A stretch of 64,000 bases of DNA from Dehalococcoidia bacterium (GCA_965116355.1 OZ220679.1:94669-158668), one strand, 5' to 3'. Counted from the stretch's first letter, positions 1-9,552 are shown. Numbers and translations are program-made. The notes: generated from the sequence alone by a model not told the origin.

Positions 1-806
1 GCCTCGCTGCGCTCGCGGTTGTGCGTGGCGGGAGTGGTCACGGCGAGCCCGGCGTCGACGGACAGCGTCACGCCCGTTACCCAGCGGGCCTCGTCGCTTG
101 CGAGGTAGAGGTTGGCGTAGCCGATGTCCCAGGCGGTGCCCTCGGTGCCCAGCGGCGCCGTCGTCACGCGCAAGTCCCGCAGCGAGTCAGTCATGCGCAT
201 CTCCATTCGCGGCGTGTAGACCTGCCCCGGCGCGATGGCGTTGACGCGGATGAGGTCTCGGCCGTGGTCGGACGCCATGGTCTGCGTGATGCCGACGATG
301 GCCGTCTTGGACACGGAGTAGGCCAACGGCGAGTGCGCCCGCAGCCCGGCGATGGACGAGAGGTTGGTGATGGCGCCACCGCCGCCCCTGATCATGTGGG
401 GGATTGCCGCGCGGCTTGCCAGCACTATGCTCTTCACGTTGACGTCCATCACCTGGTCCCACTCCTCAATGTCCAGCGAGAGCACGTCGCCGCGCGAGGA
501 GATGCCGACGTTGTTCACGAGGATGTCTAGGCGGCCGTAGCGGTCGACGGCGGCCTGACACATGGCGTAGCAGTCGTCCGAGTTGGTAACGTCGGCGACG
601 AAGACGGACGCGTCGCCGCCCTCCTCGCGGATCATGCGCACGGTGTCCTCGGCGGCCTCCTCGATGATGTCCACGACGAGGACCTTCGCGCCCTCACGGG
701 CGAACAGGACGGACGTGGCCTTCCCGTTGCCGATGCCCTCGGCAATGCTACCGCCGCCCGTCACGACGGCGACCTTTCCTTCCAAGCGTGGTCGTCTCTC
801 AGGCAT
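1..806 (-). CDS. Short-chain dehydrogenase/reductase (SDR) family oxidoreductase; C-terminus cut by window edge
   Basis: Own translation of the minus strand from ATG (804-806) gives MPERRPRLEGKVAVVTGGGSIAEGIG (TGxxxGxG Rossmann motif) and later LAYSVSKTAIVG (YxxxK). A GAGGAGGA Shine-Dalgarno sits at 811-818. Missing from the ORF track only because no stop lies inside the window. Confidence 0.85.
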   Translation of the reverse strand, partial: MPERRPRLEGKVAVVTGGGSIAEGIGNGKATSVLFAREGAKVLVVDIIEEAAEDTVRMIREEGGDASVFVADVTNSDDCYAMCQAAVDRYGRLDILVNNVGISSRGDVLSLDIEEWDQVMDVNVKSIVLASRAAIPHMIRGGGGAITNLSSIAGLRAHSPLAYSVSKTAIVGITQTMASDHGRDLIRVNAIAPGQVYTPRMEMRMTDSLRDLRVTTAPLGTEGTAWDIGYANLYLASDEARWVTGVTLSVDAGLAVTTPATHNRERSE

Positions 807-916
807 GGTGTCCTCCTCAGGGGAGAGTATACCCGATGGGCGAGCGGGGGAGGTGGCCCATTCAAGCCTCGGCCCCTGTTTCCGGTGAAAGCCGGGAGCC
901 AGAGGCGCGGGCGTGG

Positions 917-966
917 CCCCCTTCGAGAACCTCAGGACAGGCTTCGACGGGCTCAGGGCGAACGGT
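917..966 (+). repeat. Mosaic repeat, double module C (CTTCGAGAACCTCAGGACAGG + CTTCGACGGGCTCAGGGCGAACGG)
   Basis: Matches the module-C consensus seen at more than 20 other sites in the window. Intergenic between herA and the SDR gene. Confidence 0.8.
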
Positions 967-1210
967 CGGGGGAGGGGGTGAGCGGGGGGATTCGATTGTG
1001 GATAACGAATCGTAGCTGTAGCGGGGGGTTTCAGCTACGAATTTTGCAAAATTTTTTAAAACGAATCGTAGCTGTCACGGTGTGCCACGGGCATCGCTTG
1101 GGGGCGGGTCCAGCCGCATGCCGGGTAATGGCACGAGGATAGCGTGGGGAAGGAGGGGGCGCAACGGGGCGGTGTCAGGGGAATTGTGGTTTGATTTGGT
1201 TGCGGGCGGG

Positions 1211-1248
1211 GCCGGCCCTGGGGCCGGCGGGCGACTCGCGAGTCGCCC
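1211..1248 (-). terminator. Two adjacent GC-rich hairpins just downstream of the herA stop (possible terminator or repeat hairpin)
   Basis: GCCGGCCC-TG-GGGCCGGC (1211-1228) followed by the perfect 20-nt palindrome GGGCGACTCGCGAGTCGCCC (1229-1248). They lie 27-64 nt after the herA stop. No U-tract, so terminator function is uncertain. Confidence 0.3.
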
Positions 1249-1274
1249 CTACGCAGGGAGTGCGGATGGGGGTG

Positions 1275-3041
1275 TTACCCGAACAGCGGGTCGTCGTCCT
1301 CATCGTCCGTGGCGGGAGGGTTCGTGCTTCGATTTGCCTCAGCACGAACGGGGGCGGGGCGGCGCGAGTTGGGGCGCATGAGGGCGTGGTAGCTGGACTC
1401 CGTGCCGTAGTCGCGGACCTGGACGGCGACGGGGATGGGGACGGCCTCGCCGAAGAAGAGCGCCTGCTGGCGGGAGCGGAGACCGGCGAGCACGGAGCGG
1501 AGCTCGCGGCTGCCGGACGCGCCCGCCATGACCGCGTCGACGTCGCGCTCGTCGTCGAGGAGGCAGCAGACCTTGGTGCCGACCTGGCTGAGCACCTCCG
1601 GGTCGATGGCGCTGGGGCGCTGGTCGACGACGAGGAGCGTGACGTTGTTCTTGCGCATCTCGCGGGCGATGACGCCGAAGGGCGACTGCGAGGCGACGGC
1701 CGGGCTGAGGAAGCGGTGGGCCTCCTCAATGACGATGGTGAGCGGCGTGGTGGCGCGACCCTCCTCCGCGGCGGTCTGGCGCTCCCGGTAGCGGTCGTGG
1801 ATGCGGCGGGTGAGCAGGTTGGCGACGAGCATGTAGGCGAGCACGTCATCGCCGTGGCGGCCGAACTCCAGCACGACGTGCATGCCCCGGTCAAGGTGGT
1901 CCATGATGGCGGCGACGGCGTCGGCGCCCGGCGCATCCGACACGAACGGCAGCCGGGCGACGCGGTTCGTCAGGCGGCGGTGCAGGGTAGCGAGGGCCGC
2001 GCCGTTCACGTTGATGCTCGCGGCGAGCTCGCCGATCTCGTCCGAGCCCTCCAGCCGCAGGAACTCGCGCAGCCAGCGATCGTCGCCGAAGCGGCGGCCG
2101 AGGGCGAAGGCGGCCTCCGCGGCGGCGTCCGAGATGCCGAGGGTCTCGCGGAGGGACATGACGTCGTCGGGGGTGATCTCGCCGTAGCCGATCTCGACGA
2201 GGAAGTCGGGCTGCACCTTCGCGCCGCGGGCCCGCTGCTCGTCGAGGGCGAAGACGGAGACCTCTGAGGGGAAGAGCTGCTTCAGGGACTTCACCCGCCG
2301 TCCGCGCTCCACGTCGCCGCCCTCCCAGCCGTACTCGTTGTGCATGTCAAAGATGAGGAGCGACGACAGGCGGCTCTGGAGCACGCCGATGAGGAGCAGG
2401 CGTGTCAGGAAGCTCTTGCCGGTGCCGCTCTTGCCGAAGACGCCGTTGGAGCGCTGGAGCAGCGTGCGCAGGTCCAGGCAGACGACGGCCTCCATGTCCA
2501 GCGGGGTGCCGACGGCGAAGTTGTCGCCGCCCTCCTCGCCGAAGACCTGTGCGACATCGTACGGCGACGCGCGGGCGGCGCGCGAGAAATGCGCGGGCAC
2601 GGTGCGGGCGGGCGCGATGTCGCCCTCCGCCCCGGCGACGCTCGGGAGCGTGAGGCGCGGGCGGACGACGATGCTGCCGTAGGCGGCGGTGCCCGTCAGC
2701 GCGCGCGACACGAAGGGGTCGTCGAAGGAGGCGGGGGCGCTGCGCAGGCGGGAGTCGGTGCTGGCGAGGCGGACCTCGCTGACCATGCCGAAAAAGCGTC
2801 GCGTCTCGCCCTGGATAACGACATAACTGCCTACTGGGATGTCCTCGACAGACGCGCCCTCGGCGAGGCGCACCTCCACGCCGTCGGTCAGGGAGCCACC
2901 GACTACCGTGCCGAGAAGGGTCTGGACAGCGGAGACGGCAGCTTCCGGCGCGCCCTGGGCTCCGGCTTTCGCCGGAGAAACGGGGGGTTGGGAGCCCTCG
3001 ACGGGCTCTGGGTGAGCGGGGGAGTTGCCGTCCAGCGTCAT
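1275..3041 (-). CDS. herA: HerA-like hexameric ATPase/translocase (DUF87/HerA family)
   Basis: 588-aa ORF. Walker A is GVFGKSGTGKS and Walker B is LTIVIEEAHRF. It also has VVDQRPSAID and an N-terminal HAS-barrel-like segment (GTVVGGSLTDGVEVRL..VGSYVVIQG). ATGA start/stop overlap with the upstream gene at 3038-3041. Confidence 0.85.
   Translation of the reverse strand: MTLDGNSPAHPEPVEGSQPPVSPAKAGAQGAPEAAVSAVQTLLGTVVGGSLTDGVEVRLAEGASVEDIPVGSYVVIQGETRRFFGMVSEVRLASTDSRLRSAPASFDDPFVSRALTGTAAYGSIVVRPRLTLPSVAGAEGDIAPARTVPAHFSRAARASPYDVAQVFGEEGGDNFAVGTPLDMEAVVCLDLRTLLQRSNGVFGKSGTGKSFLTRLLLIGVLQSRLSSLLIFDMHNEYGWEGGDVERGRRVKSLKQLFPSEVSVFALDEQRARGAKVQPDFLVEIGYGEITPDDVMSLRETLGISDAAAEAAFALGRRFGDDRWLREFLRLEGSDEIGELAASINVNGAALATLHRRLTNRVARLPFVSDAPGADAVAAIMDHLDRGMHVVLEFGRHGDDVLAYMLVANLLTRRIHDRYRERQTAAEEGRATTPLTIVIEEAHRFLSPAVASQSPFGVIAREMRKNNVTLLVVDQRPSAIDPEVLSQVGTKVCCLLDDERDVDAVMAGASGSRELRSVLAGLRSRQQALFFGEAVPIPVAVQVRDYGTESSYHALMRPNSRRPAPVRAEANRSTNPPATDDEDDDPLFG
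2953..3022 (+). repeat. Mosaic repeat modules B'+C' embedded in the first ~30 codons of herA
   Basis: CCCTGGGCTCCGGCTTTCGCCGGAGAAACGGGGGG (stem CTCCGGC/GCCGGAG) is followed by CCCTCGACGGGCTCTGGGTGAGCGGGGG. Both resemble intergenic modules B and C. Read on the minus strand they give SPAHPEPVEGSQPPVSPAKAGAQG. Confidence 0.6.
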
Positions 3042-3643
3042 CGGATGCCCCGCAGGATGGCGTTAAGGCGCGGGACGTCGCCGGAGAGCTCCTCGGCGAG
3101 GGCGCGGGCGGCGCGTTCGCGGAAAGCGTCAGCGTCCGGGCGGGCTTCGCATGCGAGACGGACGCTCGCGGCGATGACCTCGTCGATGGCGGGGACGTTG
3201 GCGGTGGTCAGCAGGTGCAGGAAGCCGAGGTCCTCGGTGAAGGCCCGTACCTCGGCGTCGTCGCAGCAGCGGACGAAGGCGTGGATGCGCGGGGGCGCGG
3301 CGGGAAGCCGGTGCACGACGGCGCCCGCGCGCTCGTGGCCGCGGCCATGGCCGACGACGAGGGCCTGCAGGTGCGTTGCGAGGAGCCGCGCGATCTGCGG
3401 GTTGTTGCGGTACACAGACGCCTCGTCGGGCTCGTCAGCGCCGCGGGCCGAGACGCGGCGGCCGGGGTCGAGGGCGGCGGTCGTGACGCTGTAGACGACG
3501 CCGTACACGGCCGGGTCGCCGACGCGCACCAGCGCACCGAGGGGCGGCGCGCCGTAGAGCGCGTAGCACTCAGCGGTGAAGCCGGTTGAGCTGGCCTCCA
3601 CCACCTCGCCGATGCGGGCGTCGGGTTGCGGGGTTGTGGTCAC
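3038..3643 (-). CDS. Stand-alone HAS-barrel-like protein with no ATPase domain, encoded between nurA and herA
   Basis: 201-aa ORF. The N-terminus ARIGEVVEASSTGFTAECYAL..PPLGALVRVGD..VYGVVYSV resembles the HerA N-terminal HAS barrel. No Walker motifs. Its stop overlaps the herA start (ATGA). Confidence 0.55.
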   Translation of the reverse strand: MTTTPQPDARIGEVVEASSTGFTAECYALYGAPPLGALVRVGDPAVYGVVYSVTTAALDPGRRVSARGADEPDEASVYRNNPQIARLLATHLQALVVGHGRGHERAGAVVHRLPAAPPRIHAFVRCCDDAEVRAFTEDLGFLHLLTTANVPAIDEVIAASVRLACEARPDADAFRERAARALAEELSGDVPRLNAILRGIR

Positions 3644-3699
3644 GGGCGAGTCCTTTCAGGGAGTTGGGGCGACCCTCCTTCAAGGGCTGGCGCAGGTCT

Positions 3700-3754
3700 G
3701 TCGGGGTTCCCCTGCCTACGCAGGGGCAGGCTCTGCCTTCGCAGGAACCCCGAC
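3700..3754. repeat. Two-armed palindromic hairpin-A derivative in the nurA/HAS-barrel intergenic region
   Basis: The outer stem pairs GTCGGGGTTCC (3700-3710) with GGAACCCCGAC (3744-3754). Inside are inner hairpins CCCCTGC-CTAC-GCAGGGG and GGCAG-GCT-CTGCC. Confidence 0.8.
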
Positions 3755-3761
3755 ACGACGG

Positions 3762-5039
3762 CTACACCCAGGGGCGGCGCTTCGAGCGTTGCTTCTGGGA
3801 AGTGTACACGGGCAGCCCACGGCCCTCCAAGGCGCGTTCCACCATGTTTCTGAAGGCTTCACGGTCCGCGCCGGTGACGACGGCCTGCTCGTGCGCCTCC
3901 TGGAGCGCGACGGGGTAGCCCGCGCCGCGCCGCGCGTTGTCGACGACGAGGGCGTGCGTGAGCGCCAGCAGCGCCGGGTCGAGGGCGACCCATGCGGGTA
4001 TCTCCACGCGGCCGATCTCCTCGTCGACGTTGACGTAGAAGAAGTGGACGCGGTGCGGGCCGTAGGCGTCGCGGGCGACGGGCGAGCGGCTGGCGAACAC
4101 GGCTGAGCGCTGGCCGGACGCGAGGGTGCGCTCGAAGAGCTCGCGGTCGGTCAGGCCGTGGGCGGCGTCGCAGCGGCGCAGGCCGGGAACGAGGGCGCGG
4201 CAGTGTGCCTGGCAGTGGCCGATGGGATCGAGGTCGCAGAGGGCAAGGCGCAGCAGGTTCACGACCTCCGCGCTGTTGGGCAGGCTGATGTAGGACGCGA
4301 CGGCCACACCCGTTTCCCCTTCGATTTCCCTCAGGGCGAACGGGGGTGGTGTCCTCTCCCCCTGTCCATAGGACGCGTCCCGGATGCGGTCGAGGGCGGC
4401 GAGAAGGCCGTCGTTGAGGAGGCGCTCGCGGACGTAGTCGGGGTAGCGGCCGCGCGGGGGCAGCTCGCCGCCGAGCTCCCACAGGACGAGCGTGCCGTCA
4501 AGGAGGGCGAGGGTGGGGAGGCCGCTGGCGCCGGCGTCCACGGCGTCGGCGAGGGCCGTCGCCTCCTCGACCGTGCGCACGAGGCCCATTAGGGCGCCCT
4601 CGACGGCTTGCCGGGCCGAGGGGGTGTCCGGGTCTTGCAGGAAGAGTTCGGCGTCGGCGGTGCGGAGGCCCGGGTGGCTGAACAGCTCGGCGTCGGGGGC
4701 GTCGCCGTAGGTGAGGCGGCAACCACCGATGTTGATGAGCGCGCACCGCAGAGGCAGGTGGCGGTTGACGTCGATGTGGGAGCCGTCGGTGGCGACGACG
4801 CTGAAGTCGGCAGGCGGCGCGGGCGTGTCGAAGACCGCGCCGGGCGGTTCGACAGCCTCAGCGGGGAGGAAGGCGAGCAGCCCCTGCGCCGCCTCTACGC
4901 GGTCGTTCAGCGTGGCGGCGTCGGCATCGTGCAGGGCGGCGAGGACCGCGCCCGTGCGGCGGTCGCGCGCGGGGCCGAAGTCGGCGGTCGCGATGGCGGC
5001 GTCGATCTGGGCGGCGGTTCGGTAGAGGTCAAGGGCCAT
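3762..5039 (-). CDS. nurA: NurA-domain nuclease
   Basis: 425-aa ORF with NurA-type motifs VVATDGSHIDVNRH, LLDGTLVLW and GYPVALQEAHEQAVV. It sits upstream of and co-directional with herA. Confidence 0.8.
   Translation of the reverse strand: MALDLYRTAAQIDAAIATADFGPARDRRTGAVLAALHDADAATLNDRVEAAQGLLAFLPAEAVEPPGAVFDTPAPPADFSVVATDGSHIDVNRHLPLRCALINIGGCRLTYGDAPDAELFSHPGLRTADAELFLQDPDTPSARQAVEGALMGLVRTVEEATALADAVDAGASGLPTLALLDGTLVLWELGGELPPRGRYPDYVRERLLNDGLLAALDRIRDASYGQGERTPPPFALREIEGETGVAVASYISLPNSAEVVNLLRLALCDLDPIGHCQAHCRALVPGLRRCDAAHGLTDRELFERTLASGQRSAVFASRSPVARDAYGPHRVHFFYVNVDEEIGRVEIPAWVALDPALLALTHALVVDNARRGAGYPVALQEAHEQAVVTGADREAFRNMVERALEGRGLPVYTSQKQRSKRRPWV
4317..4347 (+). repeat. Module C copy inserted in frame inside nurA
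   Basis: CCCCTTCGATTTCCCTCAGGGCGAACGGGGG. On the minus strand it is read as TPPPFALREIEGETG without breaking the ORF. Confidence 0.8.
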
Positions 5040-5059
5040 GGATGCGCCTCCTGATTTCT

Positions 5060-5089
5060 CGTCGTTCCTGCGAAGGCAGGAACCCCGAC
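5060..5089 (-). repeat. Hairpin module A, the only reverse-oriented copy I found; 4 nt downstream of the GIY-YIG stop
   Basis: CGTCGTTCCTGCGAAGGCAGGAACCCCGAC is the reverse complement of the GTCGGGGTTCCTGCC..GCAGGAACGACG consensus. Confidence 0.85.
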
Positions 5090-5093
5090 GCTG

Positions 5094-5402
5094 TTACATC
5101 AATTCTTCATGCAAGTCACGCCAAGAGGGGTTACTCTCCGCAATCAAGCGCAGTTTCCAAGCCCGCTTCCAACGCTTCAAGGCCTTTTCCCGTGAGATTG
5201 CACTCTCCATTGATTCGTGGACTTCGTACCAAACCAAGCTCTTGATGTTGTAGATGTTGGTGTGACCTTCAACAAAGCCCTCTTTGTGCTGCCAAACTCG
5301 TTGGACAAGGTCTGAGGTTACGCCAATGTATATGGCGCCGCCCGGCCTGCTGGCCATGATGTACACACAGGGAATGCGGGGGCGAAAGGAACTCTGTTGC
5401 AT
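5094..5402 (-). CDS. Small GIY-YIG nuclease superfamily protein (UPF0213/COG2827-like)
   Basis: 102-aa ORF containing GAIYIGVTSDLVQRVWQHK...ESAISREKALKRWKRAWKLRLI (GIY..YIG plus the conserved R/E/K helix). G+C is visibly lower than the flanks. Confidence 0.85.
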   Translation of the reverse strand: MQQSSFRPRIPCVYIMASRPGGAIYIGVTSDLVQRVWQHKEGFVEGHTNIYNIKSLVWYEVHESMESAISREKALKRWKRAWKLRLIAESNPSWRDLHEELM

Positions 5403-5428
5403 GGCGTGACTCTACCATGGTGGGGTTT

Positions 5429-5461
5429 GTCGGGGCCCCTGCCTGCGCAGGGGCGACGGGG
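5429..5461 (+). repeat. Hairpin module A variant 27 nt upstream of the GIY-YIG start
   Basis: GTCGGGGCCCCTGCCTGCGCAGGGGCGACGGGG (stem CCCCTGC/GCAGGGG). Confidence 0.8.
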
Positions 5462-5493
5462 ATGGTGCACCTTTTGATGGAAGTTTAGCGGTC

Positions 5494-5528
5494 TGTTGGG
5501 GTTCCTGCCTACGCAGGAACGACGGGGG
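5494..5528 (+). repeat. Hairpin module A overlapping the 3' end of the DUF433 gene
   Basis: GTTGGGGTTCCTGCCTACGCAGGAACGACGGGGGG. It supplies the last codons (..APVPPVVPA*) of the minus-strand ORF. Confidence 0.8.
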
Positions 5529-5745
5529 GCACAGGAGCCTTCAGAGAGTCCGCTACGTACTGCAGTACGGCTCTGACCTTCCACTCTTCGGCGTCGAACC
5601 ATTCTAGATAGTCCTCCACCGTGGCGCCGCTCTCCAAGTTCTCGAAGAGACTTGACACCGGCAACCGGGAGCCCTTGAACACCCAGGCCCCGCTCACCCT
5701 GCCGGGCACACTCTCAACCGCCGGACACTTACTCCAGTCCGTCAT
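5509..5745 (-). CDS. DUF433-domain protein (antitoxin-like HTH family)
   Basis: VESVPGRVSGAWVFKGSRLPVSSLFENLESGATVEDYLEWF matches the DUF433 pattern (G.P.ikGTRipV..i...l..G.s.eei). I prefer the internal ATG at 5743-5745 (MTDWSKC). The track ORF extends to 5787. Confidence 0.65.
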   Translation of the reverse strand: MTDWSKCPAVESVPGRVSGAWVFKGSRLPVSSLFENLESGATVEDYLEWFDAEEWKVRAVLQYVADSLKAPVPPVVPA

Positions 5746-5873
5746 GCCCTCACCCCGTTTTCCGCTGCGAGCCCTTTCTCCATGCACAGCTCATACCGAA
5801 CGGTCCATTACCCTCATTGTCCAGCACCGCTACGTTCTCGTCTATCGGCGCATCCTCGCCCGCATCCCCTGTT

Positions 5874-5904
5874 CTCCTTTTGATTTCCCTCAAGGCGAAC
5901 GGGG
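5874..5904 (+). repeat. Module C copy abutting the stop codon of the DUF429-like gene
   Basis: CTCCTTTTGATTTCCCTCAAGGCGAACGGGG ends 1 nt before the stop at 5905-5907. Confidence 0.75.
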
Positions 5905-6722
5905 CTAGACGAAGATGTATGCCTCAAGATAGTAGGGGAACCGGTGGGCTTGCACTATGCGCTCAGGGTCGGCAATTGCGCGGAAAGTCGCGTCCGCGGC
6001 GATGACACTGTCCAGCGCATCGCCCTGCGCGTCCGCGATTACCCGCTGCCGGACATCGCCGTCGCTGAACGTGACACGGCCCGAGTCCTTCAGCGCGAGC
6101 AGGATGTTCTCCCGTGCCTCGACGCTCCCGCGAGCGTCCTTGTAGGCCCCGTAGAGGCCGGATGCCTTCAGCGTGCTGGCGGGGCACACCTCCATGATCC
6201 ACGGCGCGTCGTCATCGGAGTAGTGGAGCGGCGGGACGTTGACGAGGTTACCGGCAACGAGCGGACGGAGCAGCTCAGTGATGCCGTAGTACGTCTGCCG
6301 GAAGATGCGGAGGTTGTAGGCGGAGAACGGCGCCTTGGCTTCGACATCCGTCCGCCGCCGCAGCTCCTTGCGGCCGGCGAGGTCAACTGCCGTTGCGAGG
6401 CAGCGTTCTCGAAACTCGCTCTCCGTGGCGAAGCGGCCTGGAAATTCGGCCACGAACTCGGCCCAGGACTCGGCGCCGATCAGCTCGCGAGGCAGGCTGA
6501 ACGGAAAGTCGCACCCGAACGCCGCGCTCTCCGAGCCGCCAATGAACGCCCGCAGCGCGGCCAGCGCCTCATCGCGAGCGGGGGAGCACCCGAGGAACTC
6601 GGGCGCGGGCGCGCACGCCTCCACCACGATTCCACGGCGGTAGGGCACGGCCTGCGCGATCCAGATCTTGTTGCCCGCCTGCTTTGCGCCGCTGAAGTCG
6701 ACGCCATAGACGCGGTCCTGCA

Positions 6723-6723
<1 letters not shown>
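5905..6723 (-). CDS. DUF429-like predicted RNase-H-fold nuclease
   Basis: About 272 aa. N-terminal VYGVDFSGAKQAG and C-terminal GDALDSVIAADATF fit my recollection of DUF429. The ATG at 6721-6723 overlaps the selB stop (TGATG). An alternative GTG lies at 6726. Confidence 0.5.
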
Positions 6724-8603
<1,880 letters not shown>

Positions 8604-8734
8604 GCGCGTTCCTTCGCGAGGGGGTGCGTTCAGGATAGCAGAGGGGGCGGATGCGGAGGAGGGGGCTTTCAAGTCTCCGAGCAGGTGGGCATAATGCGCG
8701 GGTGAATCCATGGACAGGACGGAAAATCAACATA

Positions 8735-9529
8735 GTGCAGAAACGTAGAGCCTCCACCATCCCCATGTTGGCATTGCTGGTGATCGCCATGATTGCCTGC
8801 GCAAGAGCAGAGTCAGAGCCGGTAGCCACAGCCGAACCAGTCGATACTCCAACAACTGAGCCCATTGTGGCCGCAACCGCTGAACCCGCAGCTACACCTG
8901 CCCCGGCAAATGCCGCAGTCCCCGCTTCAACCCCACCGCCTGCCCCGATACCCACATCCGAAGACCTGGTGAGAATGGACAACTTCACGAGCATTTCATA
9001 TAGAGCGCATTTCAATATGACCGACGAAAGTCTCACAGAAAGCGGATACCAAATCACTGCCGACGTAGAAGGCTGGACAACTACCGACGCCGAAAGCCAG
9101 ATATTCGCACGAATAGATATGACCAAGCCTGTCGAGCGGTCGCTCGAGGTCTTGACTCACAACAGCTTTAATGTATATCTGCATGACCTCGATGCGGGCA
9201 AATGGTACTTCATACCCGAAAACTCCGATTCGGGGCCGCTGGAAGACATCTTGCAGTTGTATTTCTGGGGTCTGACGTTCTCAGTCCTGCCGACCTCAAG
9301 CTTCAAGCAAAATGCAGATGGATATGTGGCAACCCAAAGAGACCCGTCATTCGGTATGGTAACAGCTTCATACGACCAAACATACACGCTGAGGAGTGTT
9401 GTCTTCAGCAGCACCGAGGGCGAAGAATGGCTCAACGTGAGCTACTTCGACTTGAACAAACCCCATGACATACGCCCCTACCAGAAGGGGGAGGAGCTAC
9501 CAGAAGACTACTGGGAATCCACGAATTGA
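8735..9529 (+). CDS. Secreted lipoprotein of unknown function (low G+C)
   Basis: Signal peptide with lipobox (VQKRRASTIPMLALLVIAMIAC) followed by a Pro/Thr/Ala-rich linker. The start could be GTG 8735 or ATG 8765. G+C is visibly lower than the neighbours. Confidence 0.7.
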   Translation: MQKRRASTIPMLALLVIAMIACARAESEPVATAEPVDTPTTEPIVAATAEPAATPAPANAAVPASTPPPAPIPTSEDLVRMDNFTSISYRAHFNMTDESLTESGYQITADVEGWTTTDAESQIFARIDMTKPVERSLEVLTHNSFNVYLHDLDAGKWYFIPENSDSGPLEDILQLYFWGLTFSVLPTSSFKQNADGYVATQRDPSFGMVTASYDQTYTLRSVVFSSTEGEEWLNVSYFDLNKPHDIRPYQKGEELPEDYWESTN

Positions 9530-9552
9530 ACGCCGTCCACCAGCCTTGACTC

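Noticed and set aside
997-1005. Chromosomal replication origin inferred from the perfect DnaA box TGTGGATAA
   Set aside because: I found only one perfect box. No dnaA or dnaN is nearby, and there is no obvious cluster of boxes or AT-rich unwinding repeats beyond a ~20-nt A/T run. It is kept only as part of the structured-element finding.
8668-8695. Sigma-70-like promoter for the lipoprotein gene (TTCAAG-N16-CATAAT)
   Set aside because: It is plausible by eye, but promoter consensus in this lineage is unknown and the match is weak. Not reported as a feature.
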